Of a stretch of 64,000 nt of DNA, positions 1 through 8,655 are shown piece after piece (within the stretch, counting starts at the first letter, position 1; the number at the start of each line of letters is the position of its first letter). This DNA comes from Bacteroides sp. (GTDB lineage: Bacteria > Bacillota > Clostridia > Oscillospirales > Acutalibacteraceae), in the NCBI GenBank assembly GCA_023665085.1, contig JAMPEQ010000006.1, forward strand, positions 79,495-143,494. The letters run 5' to 3'. The notes beneath the pieces were generated by a model. That model worked only from the letters and a program-made list of their open reading frames with translations. It did no database searches and was not told the origin of the DNA. Position numbers and translations under genes: made by a program.

Positions 1-148
1 TTGACACAAACGCATTTTTGGAGGGCGAAGAGTATAAAGGTGCTAAAAAGGTTTTAACAGCTGCTGCTCTTACTTATGTTGCCGCACTTGTTTCAGCATT
101 GGCAACAATATTAAGACTGTTTCTGATAATGAACAGAGGTAACAGAAG

Positions 149-1384
149 ATGATGAAGAGCTCAAGACTAATTGCTTTTGAAACTTTGTATAAAATTTTTT
201 ATGATGTTTCGTATTCAAACTTAGCTCTTGAAAGTGCTTTGTCAGATGTTAAAGATGATAAGGCATTTATAAGTGCTTTGGTGTACGGTGTTGTTGAAAG
301 AAAAATTACTTTAGATTATTATATCAGTAAGTATCTTGATAAAAAAGCAAAGCCTAAGATCATGATAATTCTTCTTATGGGTGCATATCAGCTTCTTTAT
401 ATGGATAAAATTCCTGATAATGCAGCTATAAATGAAAGTGTAGAGCTTGCAAAAATAATTAAGCAGGATTTTTATACAAGGCTTATAAATGCTGTTTTAC
501 ATAAAATTGCTAATGATAGCGAAAAAATTGATGAAACTTATCTTAAATATTCGGTTCCTCAAAATCTTTTAAATATGTGGTATAAGCAGTATGGTAAAGA
601 AATTGTTGACAATTTTCTCCCATATATTAATGGAAGACCGCCTGTGTTTGCAATACCGAACACACTCTATGTTGACTCAGAGGAGCTTTCCTATGAATTG
701 CTGTCAGACGGAATTGAATGTGAACCTTTTAATGATGTTGTTCTCATAAATTCTTCTTTTGATTTAAAAAAATCAAGAGCTTTTAATAATGGATTGTTTC
801 ATATTGAGGACTTGTCAAGCTACGAGTGTGCATGTATGCTGGATGCAAAAGAAAATGACACTGTATTGGATTTATGTTCTGCTCCAGGCGGAAAGGCTTT
901 TACAATTGCAGAGCGTATGAATAACAAAGGTAAAATATATGCTTTCGATTTATATGAGCATAGAATCAAATTAATCAATAGTGGTGCTGAAAGACTTGGT
1001 ATTGATATAATAAAAACAGGTATAAATGATGCCGTCATATTTAATGAAAACTTGCCTGTGGCTGATAAAATTCTATGTGATGTAGTTTGTTCAGGACTTG
1101 GAATAATCAGAAGAAAGCCTGAAATCAGATACAAAAATCTTGACAGTATAAAGGAGCTGCCGAAGCTTCAGTTGGAGATACTGACAACATCATCAAGGTA
1201 TTTGAAACAGGGTGGAACACTTGTGTATTCCACTTGTGCATTGAATAAAAAAGAAAATGAAAAGGTGGTTAATGCCTTTTTAAATGATAATGAGAATTTT
1301 ATACTGGAGAAAGAAAAGACATGTTTCCCCGGTGAATACGGTGGAGATGGTTTTTATATGGCAAAACTCATAAAGAACTATTAA
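149..1384 (+). CDS. rsmB: 16S rRNA (cytosine-C5)-methyltransferase RsmB/Sun family
   Basis: NusB-like N-terminus followed by a SAM methyltransferase core (DLCSAPGGK motif). It is the first gene of the conserved rsmB-rlmN-stp-prkC-rsgA-thiN cluster. ATG start with AGAGGT ribosome-binding site. Confidence 0.8.
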   Translation: MMKSSRLIAFETLYKIFYDVSYSNLALESALSDVKDDKAFISALVYGVVERKITLDYYISKYLDKKAKPKIMIILLMGAYQLLYMDKIPDNAAINESVELAKIIKQDFYTRLINAVLHKIANDSEKIDETYLKYSVPQNLLNMWYKQYGKEIVDNFLPYINGRPPVFAIPNTLYVDSEELSYELLSDGIECEPFNDVVLINSSFDLKKSRAFNNGLFHIEDLSSYECACMLDAKENDTVLDLCSAPGGKAFTIAERMNNKGKIYAFDLYEHRIKLINSGAERLGIDIIKTGINDAVIFNENLPVADKILCDVVCSGLGIIRRKPEIRYKNLDSIKELPKLQLEILTTSSRYLKQGGTLVYSTCALNKKENEKVVNAFLNDNENFILEKEKTCFPGEYGGDGFYMAKLIKNY

Positions 1385-1397
1385 AAGATTGTGTAAT

Positions 1398-2450
1398 ATG
1401 AAAACGGATATTAAAGGACTTACATATGAACAATTGAATAACGCTGTAATTGATTTAGGTTTGCCTAAGTTCAGAACGAAGCAAATTTTCCAGTGGCTTC
1501 ATCACTCAGGCTGTACCTTTTTTGATGAAATGACTAATATCAGCAAGGATCTGCGCCTAAAGCTTAGCGAGCATTTTTATATAGGTAATTGTTTTATTGA
1601 AGATAAATATGTGTCGAAGCTTGATAATACCGTGAAATATCTTTTCAGATTGGCTGATGGTGAATATATCGAGTCAGTTATAATGAAATATAAATACGGC
1701 TATACAATTTGTGTTTCATCTCAGGTTGGATGTAAAATGGGATGCACATTTTGTGCCTCAACCTTAGCAGGATTTAAGAGAAATTTAACTGCAGGTGAAA
1801 TTGAGTCTCAAATTCATACAGCACAAAAAGATCTTGATATCAGAATTTCTCATATTGTTATGATGGGAATAGGCGAACCGCTTGATAATTTTGAAAATGT
1901 TATTGCTTTTCTTGATAATGTCAATAATGAAAACGGACTTAATATTTCAATGAGAAATGTTACAATTTCAACATGCGGTATAGTGCCTAAGATATATGAT
2001 CTAATGGATTACAATTTGCAGCTGACATTAACTATTTCTCTGCATGCTCCTAATGATGCTATACGCAGCTCTTCTATGCCTATAAATAATAAATATCCTA
2101 TTGATGAGGTTATAGAAGCCTGTAAAGTATATGCCAAAAAAACAGGAAGAAGAGTAAGCTTTGAATATACGGTTATTAAAAATGTTAATGACAGTGAGAT
2201 AAATGCCAAGGAACTCGCTTACAGGCTTAAGGATATGGCATGTCATATTAATCTGATTCCGTTAAATAATGTTAAAGAGAGAAGTAATGTTTCAGTAAGC
2301 CGTGAGGAAATGCTTAAGTTTCAGAATGTATTGAAAAAACATGGAATTAATGCTACAATAAGAAGAACACTTGGTTCTGATATAAATGCTTCCTGCGGGC
2401 AGCTGAGAAGATTAAAAAAGCGAGGTGAATTTGATGAAAATTGTTGCTAA
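1398..2450 (+). CDS. rlmN: 23S rRNA m2A2503 / tRNA methyltransferase RlmN (radical SAM)
   Basis: Radical-SAM CxxxCxxC motif (CKMGCTFCAS) and conserved RlmN C-terminal Cys. The track ORF opens with TTG at 1389; the first ATG is at 1398. Confidence 0.8.
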   Translation: MKTDIKGLTYEQLNNAVIDLGLPKFRTKQIFQWLHHSGCTFFDEMTNISKDLRLKLSEHFYIGNCFIEDKYVSKLDNTVKYLFRLADGEYIESVIMKYKYGYTICVSSQVGCKMGCTFCASTLAGFKRNLTAGEIESQIHTAQKDLDIRISHIVMMGIGEPLDNFENVIAFLDNVNNENGLNISMRNVTISTCGIVPKIYDLMDYNLQLTLTISLHAPNDAIRSSSMPINNKYPIDEVIEACKVYAKKTGRRVSFEYTVIKNVNDSEINAKELAYRLKDMACHINLIPLNNVKERSNVSVSREEMLKFQNVLKKHGINATIRRTLGSDINASCGQLRRLKKRGEFDENCC

Positions 2451-3165
2451 AACAGATAAGGGCAGAGTAAGAGATAATAATCAGGATGCCTATGCAGTAG
2501 GTGAATTTTCTGATGAGGTTGTATGGGCGGTTGTTTGTGACGGAATGGGCGGTGCAGCCGGAGGAAATATAGCATCAGCATTGGCTGTTAAGGTTATCAG
2601 TGATAAAATTAATGCCTCTTATCGTGATAATATGCGTGATTCATCAATTCAAAATATGTTGGATTCTGCCTTGGCGGCTGCTAATATTGAGGTTTATGAT
2701 TTTGCAGAGGCAAATGCTGAGCTTAAAGGAATGGGCACTACAGTTGTCTGTGCCATAGTTCGTAACAATCAGGCTTTCATTGCACATGCAGGTGACAGCC
2801 GAGCTTATATTATTAAAAGCGATAATACCTCAAAGCAGGTTACTGTAGATCACAGTTATGTACAGGATTTGTTAGCGAGCGGGCGTATTACCAGTGAAGA
2901 AGCTCTGATTCATCCTAAAAAGAATATTATCACAAGAGCTGTCGGAGTTGATAAAAGTATTAAAGTTGACTTTGATCAAATAGATTTAGATGAGGGAGAT
3001 ACAGTGCTTCTTTGCACGGATGGACTTTCTAATTATGTTTCTGATGATGAAATGCTGGAAATAATGAGTGACGGCAAGCATTACGCTTTTGCCGACAGAT
3101 TTGTTACAAGAGCAAATGATAACGGTGGTGGAGATAATATCACCGTAGTAATTATTTCAAAATAA
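2434..3165 (+). CDS. prpC: PP2C-family Ser/Thr phosphatase (Stp/PrpC)
   Basis: PP2C motifs (DGMGG, aspartate-rich metal-binding sites). It sits directly upstream of the PASTA kinase. GAGGTGA ribosome-binding site precedes ATG 2434; the track start at 2425 is GTG. Confidence 0.8.
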   Translation: MKIVAKTDKGRVRDNNQDAYAVGEFSDEVVWAVVCDGMGGAAGGNIASALAVKVISDKINASYRDNMRDSSIQNMLDSALAAANIEVYDFAEANAELKGMGTTVVCAIVRNNQAFIAHAGDSRAYIIKSDNTSKQVTVDHSYVQDLLASGRITSEEALIHPKKNIITRAVGVDKSIKVDFDQIDLDEGDTVLLCTDGLSNYVSDDEMLEIMSDGKHYAFADRFVTRANDNGGGDNITVVIISK

Positions 3166-3180
3166 TGAGGTTTTAGTTTT

Positions 3181-5208
3181 ATGGATAATTATGTTGGCAA
3201 ACGCCTTGACGGCAGATATGAAATACAAGAAATTATCGGGGTTGGCGGTATGTCTGTTGTTTATAAGGCATATGACAGCGTTGATGACAGAATTGTTGCC
3301 GTAAAGGTACTTAAAGATGAGTTTCTTACTAATGATGATTTTGTAAGAAGATTTAAAAATGAAAGCAAGGCGATAGCACTTTTATCGCATCCTAATATTG
3401 TAAAGGTTTATGATGTCAGCTTTGGTGAAAAGCTTCAGTACATTGTTATGGAATATGTTGACGGTATAACACTCAAGGAGTATATACAGAAGCAGCAGAC
3501 TATCACTTGGAATGAGGCTCTGTTCTTTACTACTCAGATTTTAAAGGCTCTTCAGCATGCCCATGATAAAGGAATTGTACATCGTGATGTTAAGCCTCAA
3601 AATATTATTTTGCTTTCAAATGGTGATATTAAGGTTGCTGATTTCGGTATAGCCAGATTTTCAAGGAGTGATACAAAAACTCTTACTGATTCAGCTATCG
3701 GCTCAGTTCATTACATCAGTCCTGAGCAGGCAAAGGGTGAATTTACCGATGAAAAAGCGGATATTTATTCTGTAGGCGTTGTTTTGTATGAGATGCTTAC
3801 GGGCTCTGTTCCTTTTGAAGCTGATAATATTGTTTCTGTTGCTTTGATGCAGGTGCAGAAGGATGCTAAAAGAATAACGGATATAAATCCTGATGTCCCT
3901 GTAGGTATTGTGCAGATTTGTGAACATGCTATGCAGAAAAATCCTAACGACAGATATCAGACCGCTGCTGAATTTTTAATTGATGTTGAAGAAATAATTA
4001 AAAACCCTAATACTACATTTGATTATTCATGTTTTGTAGACAAAGATCCTACAAAATATGTAATAAAAACAAATGAAGATGCAGCACTCGATGATAATGA
4101 TTATGATGACTATGAGGACTATGAAGACTATTATGATCCTAAACGTAAGAAAAAGATCATAACTGCAGTTATTGTAGGTTTAGTATTCCTTATTGCTGCC
4201 GTTGTCGGTCTTGTTATGGCTGTAACAGGAAATGTTAATACTAAGTCAAGAATGCTGGAAAATTTCGTTGGCTGTTCTTATGATGAAATTTTAAGTGCCA
4301 ATACTTATGATTATCAGTTTATTCAGGAATATGAAAAGTCTGATTCCTATGAGGCAGGTATTGTAATTCGTCAAGAGCCTGAGGCTGGAACAAAGGTTCT
4401 TGCAGGCAGTCAGGTTAAGCTTATAGTTTCTGCAGCTTTGGATGATATTAATGTTCCTAATATTTACAATTTGGATAGTGATAAAGCAAAAAAAGCTCTG
4501 GAAAATGAAGGACTGAAAAATTATAAAGTAACTACAGTTTCAAGCGAAACTGTTGAAGAGGGAAAGGTTGTTTATTCTGATCCTAAAGCCGGAAGTGTTG
4601 TTTCAGCAGACACTCTTATTACTATTTATTTAAGCTCAGGACCTACTACACAGATTATTGAAAATATTACCGTGCCTGATGTTGTTGGATTAAAGCAGGA
4701 GGGTGCAAGAGCATTTTTGGAAAAGTCCGGATTTACTAATATTAGTTTTGTAACCAAGGAAAGTCCACTTCCGAAGGGTACGGCTTTGAGTCAGTCTCCC
4801 GCTGCAGGTGCGTCTGCTTTAGCTGATGATACTATTAAGGTTACTATTTCTTCAGGTGTAACTACAACAACAACAAAGCCTGTTTCTAAAATATCGTTAT
4901 CTGTTGCATTGCCGGAAATTACTAATGATGACGGTACGTATGTTTCAGATACTCTTATCGTAGAGCTTGACGGAGAAACTTATATGAGCCAGAGTGTTTC
5001 ACTTAAGGGTGGTAATGCCAACGTAAGCATCACAGTTGAGGGCGTTGATAATGTTACAATCAGAGTTTCACTTGAAGAGTGCGGTAATGTTGATACACAG
5101 ACTGTAAACCCATCAAAAAGCAAGAAGATAGCTATTGATTTCGGTACACCTGTAAACAGCAGTATTATTCCATCAACAACAAAACCTGCTGAAGAAGCTT
5201 CTGAATGA
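3181..5208 (+). CDS. prkC: Ser/Thr protein kinase PrkC/PknB with three PASTA repeats
   Basis: Hanks kinase motifs (GxGxxS/VAVK, HRDVKPQN, DFG, SPEQ). One TM segment, three PASTA-like repeats and a C-terminal Ig-like region. The acidic D/Y-rich juxtamembrane linker is low-complexity coding sequence. Confidence 0.85.
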   Translation: MDNYVGKRLDGRYEIQEIIGVGGMSVVYKAYDSVDDRIVAVKVLKDEFLTNDDFVRRFKNESKAIALLSHPNIVKVYDVSFGEKLQYIVMEYVDGITLKEYIQKQQTITWNEALFFTTQILKALQHAHDKGIVHRDVKPQNIILLSNGDIKVADFGIARFSRSDTKTLTDSAIGSVHYISPEQAKGEFTDEKADIYSVGVVLYEMLTGSVPFEADNIVSVALMQVQKDAKRITDINPDVPVGIVQICEHAMQKNPNDRYQTAAEFLIDVEEIIKNPNTTFDYSCFVDKDPTKYVIKTNEDAALDDNDYDDYEDYEDYYDPKRKKKIITAVIVGLVFLIAAVVGLVMAVTGNVNTKSRMLENFVGCSYDEILSANTYDYQFIQEYEKSDSYEAGIVIRQEPEAGTKVLAGSQVKLIVSAALDDINVPNIYNLDSDKAKKALENEGLKNYKVTTVSSETVEEGKVVYSDPKAGSVVSADTLITIYLSSGPTTQIIENITVPDVVGLKQEGARAFLEKSGFTNISFVTKESPLPKGTALSQSPAAGASALADDTIKVTISSGVTTTTTKPVSKISLSVALPEITNDDGTYVSDTLIVELDGETYMSQSVSLKGGNANVSITVEGVDNVTIRVSLEECGNVDTQTVNPSKSKKIAIDFGTPVNSSIIPSTTKPAEEASE

Positions 5209-5219
5209 GGTAAAAATAT

Positions 5220-6101
5220 ATGGATGGAAGATTAATTAAGGGTATAGGCGGTTTCTACTATGTAGAGACCGCTGATGCTATATATGAATGCAAAGCACGG
5301 GGAAAGTTCAGAAAAGAAAAAATCACCCCATTGGTTGGTGACTTTGTTTCAATAACAGTAAATAATAATGCTGAAAATACTATTGACGAGATAAAAGCAA
5401 GAAAAAATCAGTTAGTAAGACCTCCTCTTGCTAATCTTGACCAGCTTTTTATTGTTGCTTCTGTTGTTGATCCTATAATCAATACCTTTGTTCTTGACAG
5501 ATTAATTGCCATTGCAGAGTTCAAGAATATTGAGCCTGTTATTGTTATTACCAAAACTGATTTGGACAGCGGTTATAAAAAGTATTATGATTTGTATACA
5601 AAGGCAGGCTTTAAGGTAATTTGCTGCAATAATACAAATGGCGATGGTGCTGAGAACATCAAGAATATGCTTTCCAAAAAAACAAGTGCGTTTACAGGAA
5701 ATACAGGTGTAGGTAAATCAACACTTCTTAACATAATCGACAATTCTTTGAATATTGAAACAGGAGAAACCAGTAAAAAGCTCGGAAGAGGCAGACATAC
5801 TACAAGACATTGTCAGCTGTATAATGTTGGAGACGGATATATTGCAGATACCCCGGGTTTCTCTGCAGTTGATTTTGAACGCTGTGAAAAGATACTGAAG
5901 GACGATCTACCATATTGTTTTCGCGAATTTGCACCTTATATTGATAACTGTAAGTTCAATACCAGCTGCACACATGTCAATGATAAGGGCTGTGCTGTGG
6001 CAGAAGCAGTAAAGACCGGACTTATTTCAAAAGAGCGTCATAAAAGTTATATTGAGCTTTATAATGAAGTTAAGGATATAAAAAAATGGGAAATGAAATA
6101 A
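5220..6101 (+). CDS. rsgA: ribosome small-subunit biogenesis GTPase RsgA (CpgA)
   Basis: Circularly permuted GTPase motifs (TKTD before GxxGVGKST) and a C-terminal Zn-binding Cys cluster. Position after prkC matches B. subtilis cpgA. Confidence 0.8.
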   Translation: MDGRLIKGIGGFYYVETADAIYECKARGKFRKEKITPLVGDFVSITVNNNAENTIDEIKARKNQLVRPPLANLDQLFIVASVVDPIINTFVLDRLIAIAEFKNIEPVIVITKTDLDSGYKKYYDLYTKAGFKVICCNNTNGDGAENIKNMLSKKTSAFTGNTGVGKSTLLNIIDNSLNIETGETSKKLGRGRHTTRHCQLYNVGDGYIADTPGFSAVDFERCEKILKDDLPYCFREFAPYIDNCKFNTSCTHVNDKGCAVAEAVKTGLISKERHKSYIELYNEVKDIKKWEMK

Positions 6102-6715
6102 AAAAGTGTGCCGTAATTTCAGGTGCACCGGAAGAAGATGTTTCATATTATTCAAAATATCTTAAAGACAGATTTATTATTTGTGCAGACAGCGGATATA
6201 AAAAATGTGAAAAAATATTTGTAAAAGCTGATTTGATTATAGGTGATTTTGACTCTTCAGAAAAACCGGATGCGGACTGTGAAATCATCTCTCTTCAGGT
6301 ACGAAAAGATGATACAGATACTTTTCACTGTATAAAAGAGGCAGTCAGAAGAGGGTATAACAATATTGTTATTCTTGGCGGAATAGGCTCTCGAATTGAC
6401 CATACATACGCTAATATTCTTTCAGTAAATTATTGCTATGAGCATGGTATAAAATGCTCTTTAGTTAATAATCATAATAAAATATCAATTATTACAGGTA
6501 ATAATATTTTGAATAATGATGAATACAAATATTTTTCACTATACGCTTTATTTGAAAGCTGTGAGGGTGTCAGTATAAAAAATGCTCAGTATGATCTTGA
6601 CAATATAAAGCTTAGTCCTGCTGACCAGTTCACTCAAAGCAATGGTTTTAAAGAACGCTGCTGCGAAGTTAATATAAAAAAAGGAAAAATATTATTATTT
6701 CAGTGTAACGATTAA
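6086..6715 (+). CDS. thiN: thiamine diphosphokinase
   Basis: TPK catalytic domain (GDFDS, GGIGSRIDH) with a C-terminal thiamine-binding domain. It overlaps the rsgA stop. Confidence 0.7.
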   Translation: MGNEIKKCAVISGAPEEDVSYYSKYLKDRFIICADSGYKKCEKIFVKADLIIGDFDSSEKPDADCEIISLQVRKDDTDTFHCIKEAVRRGYNNIVILGGIGSRIDHTYANILSVNYCYEHGIKCSLVNNHNKISIITGNNILNNDEYKYFSLYALFESCEGVSIKNAQYDLDNIKLSPADQFTQSNGFKERCCEVNIKKGKILLFQCND

Positions 6716-6765
6716 GAATTTTTATCATAGAATATAGTAAATGCAGCAAAAGAGGTGTTATTACT

Positions 6766-6909
6766 ATGAAGAAAATGTGCCGTCGTGAATTTCTTTGGAT
6801 TGCATTTGGCGCGGGATGTGTTATTGCCTGCTGCTGTCCTACAATCTGGATAACACGTATTCTGGCTATAGTAGTAATAGTACTGGGAATAATTTGCTGC
6901 AAAAAATAG
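6766..6909 (+). CDS. small (47 aa) Cys-rich transmembrane peptide, hypothetical
   Basis: ATG preceded by an AAGAGGTG ribosome-binding site at a good spacing. Encodes MKKMCRREFLWIAFGAGCVIACCCPTIWITRILAIVVIVLGIICCKK, with two predicted TM segments and CCC and CC clusters. It is below the 60-aa ORF-track cutoff. Confidence 0.45.
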   Translation: MKKMCRREFLWIAFGAGCVIACCCPTIWITRILAIVVIVLGIICCKK

Positions 6910-6922
6910 TGGGGGAGTATCT

Positions 6923-7006
6923 ATGAAAGTAATTTTGATAAGAAGTCCAAAGCTGCTTGCTCCAATATTAAGAACTATATTTAAAATAGAAAAAGTTAAA
7001 AGTTAA
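6923..7006 (+). CDS. very small (27 aa) basic peptide ORF, hypothetical
   Basis: GGGGGAG ribosome-binding site 5 nt before the ATG. Encodes MKVILIRSPKLLAPILRTIFKIEKVKS. Support comes only from the ribosome-binding site and its position. Confidence 0.25.
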   Translation: MKVILIRSPKLLAPILRTIFKIEKVKS

Positions 7007-7039
7007 CATAGAAATATATTTGACAAAGCCGTCACAAAA

Positions 7040-7062
7040 AATTGATGTGTTATAATGAATTG
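7040..7062 (+). promoter_or_regulatory. extended -10 promoter (TGTTATAAT) inside a nested palindrome, upstream of the Cys-rich gene and spoIVA
   Basis: TGnTATAAT at about 7048-7056 with no good -35. It is flanked by the perfect 15-bp inverted repeat AAAGCCGTCACAAAA ... TTTTGTGACGGCTTT. Confidence 0.35.
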
Positions 7063-7151
7063 TTATGATGCATCATCTTTTGTGACGGCTTTTGTTCTAT
7101 TTGAAAATATGTTTGCATAGTAATTTATAGAAACTGTAAAGGAGAGTCTGT

Positions 7152-8645
7152 ATGGAACTGTGTAAGCAATATAAAACACTTTGCCTGAATGAAAACAAAG
7201 AAAGAATAAGAGAGGGTTTTGAACTTGATTTTCAAGAAAATCTTCCGCAATATCTTGATGATATAGAAAGGATTATAAAATGCTCTGTAAAGTCAACAGT
7301 TACAGACTATGACTACCAGAATTCAAGTATAACAATTTATGGCAAGTCGATTATCAGCATTACATACAAGTCTTGCAATTCCTGTATTCTTTCTAATATT
7401 TTTGAAGAAGAATTTTCTAAATCTTTTGATGTAAACAATTGTGAGAATTTTAGCTTTGCAAAGGTAAAAATTAATACAAAGTACAGTAATTTTCACCTTA
7501 TTAATCAGCGACGAATTGATATACATACTTCGCTGGCGGTTAATATAGAAACTTATTGTAACAGTTCTGTTGAATGTCTGTCTGAATGCGAGAAAGCTCT
7601 GTTTAAAAACTACACTTCAGAATGTTTGTCATGTAAAGCGTGCGGAGTGACATCACTGGACTTTGATGAAAGCATCAATGTAATTAATAATGACACTCAA
7701 ATAAAGAATATTATTAATTGCTCTGCAGGGTGCAGAATTGATGAAACGAAGATAATTAAAGATAAAATGCTGGTTAAAGGAACTGTAAGTGTATGCTTCA
7801 TTTATGAATGTATTAATGGTGCAATTGAAAAAAGCTTTCATAGCTTTACTGTCAGCAAAATAATTGAAGCTGCTAATTTGGAAGAAAGTGATACAGCTTT
7901 TGTTTCAGCATCAATTTCTAATACCTATGTAAAAGCTAAAGCTGATGACAGTAATTGTCTGAGAATAATTGAATTTGTAGGAAAAGCAGCAATCGATTAT
8001 CAGATTTACAGAGTTGAGGAGTTTTCACTGAATGTTGATTCATATGTTCCTCACTATAACAGCAGTCAAAGCAATTCAAATATTACTCTAAAGGTTAATC
8101 CAACTTACTATTATGATGATAAGACTATTGAAATGCTTTTTGAATGCGATAATTCATTAGTAGAAATAATAGATTTGAAAGCAGAGATAGCAAGACAGCA
8201 GATAGTAAATTCTAAACTGATTTTTGAAGTGAATCTGTCTTTTATATATTATGATGACAGCAGTAACATCTGCCACTATGAAAAAATGCAGGAGGCAGAA
8301 ATAGTTTTAAGTGACAGTGAATTGACAGGCTGCTGTAATGCAAATATGATTTCTTATGACTATGTAATAAAAAATACTAATCAGATATCTATAAGAGCTA
8401 ATATAGAATATTCTGCATATTTGTATACTGATAAAAGCATAAATTACATTACCGATATTGATGTAAGTGATGATAGGGTATCTTCAAATTCACCACAGCT
8501 TACTTTGTATTTTGCAAATCAAAATGAAGAAGTGTGGGAAATTGCCAAGAAGTTTTCAACATCAGTTAGCCTTATATCAGAAGAAAACAGTTTAACATCG
8601 GATATTATTGACGGCAAAAGAATTTTGCTGATTCCGGGAATGTGA
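7152..8645 (+). CDS. Cys-rich hypothetical protein immediately upstream of spoIVA (possible spore coat/morphogenesis protein)
   Basis: AAGGAGAG ribosome-binding site with ATG. 497 aa with many Cys (CxxC-like pairs, CC) and no recognisable catalytic motif. Its stop lies 1 nt before the spoIVA track ORF start (10 nt before the ATG I propose), so the two look co-transcribed. Confidence 0.55.
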   Translation: MELCKQYKTLCLNENKERIREGFELDFQENLPQYLDDIERIIKCSVKSTVTDYDYQNSSITIYGKSIISITYKSCNSCILSNIFEEEFSKSFDVNNCENFSFAKVKINTKYSNFHLINQRRIDIHTSLAVNIETYCNSSVECLSECEKALFKNYTSECLSCKACGVTSLDFDESINVINNDTQIKNIINCSAGCRIDETKIIKDKMLVKGTVSVCFIYECINGAIEKSFHSFTVSKIIEAANLEESDTAFVSASISNTYVKAKADDSNCLRIIEFVGKAAIDYQIYRVEEFSLNVDSYVPHYNSSQSNSNITLKVNPTYYYDDKTIEMLFECDNSLVEIIDLKAEIARQQIVNSKLIFEVNLSFIYYDDSSNICHYEKMQEAEIVLSDSELTGCCNANMISYDYVIKNTNQISIRANIEYSAYLYTDKSINYITDIDVSDDRVSSNSPQLTLYFANQNEEVWEIAKKFSTSVSLISEENSLTSDIIDGKRILLIPGM

Positions 8646-8655
8646 GGTGAGTAAT

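Noticed and set aside
4075-4145. Short tandem repeat-like DNA (gat/tat-rich)
   Set aside because: It is in frame within prkC and encodes an acidic DYEDYEDYYD linker. It is coding low complexity, not a repeat element or a CRISPR.
6669-6902. 77-aa minus-strand ORF
   Set aside because: It overlaps the + strand 47-aa peptide ORF, which has a strong ribosome-binding site, and the thiN 3' end. It has no ribosome-binding site and a random-looking sequence.
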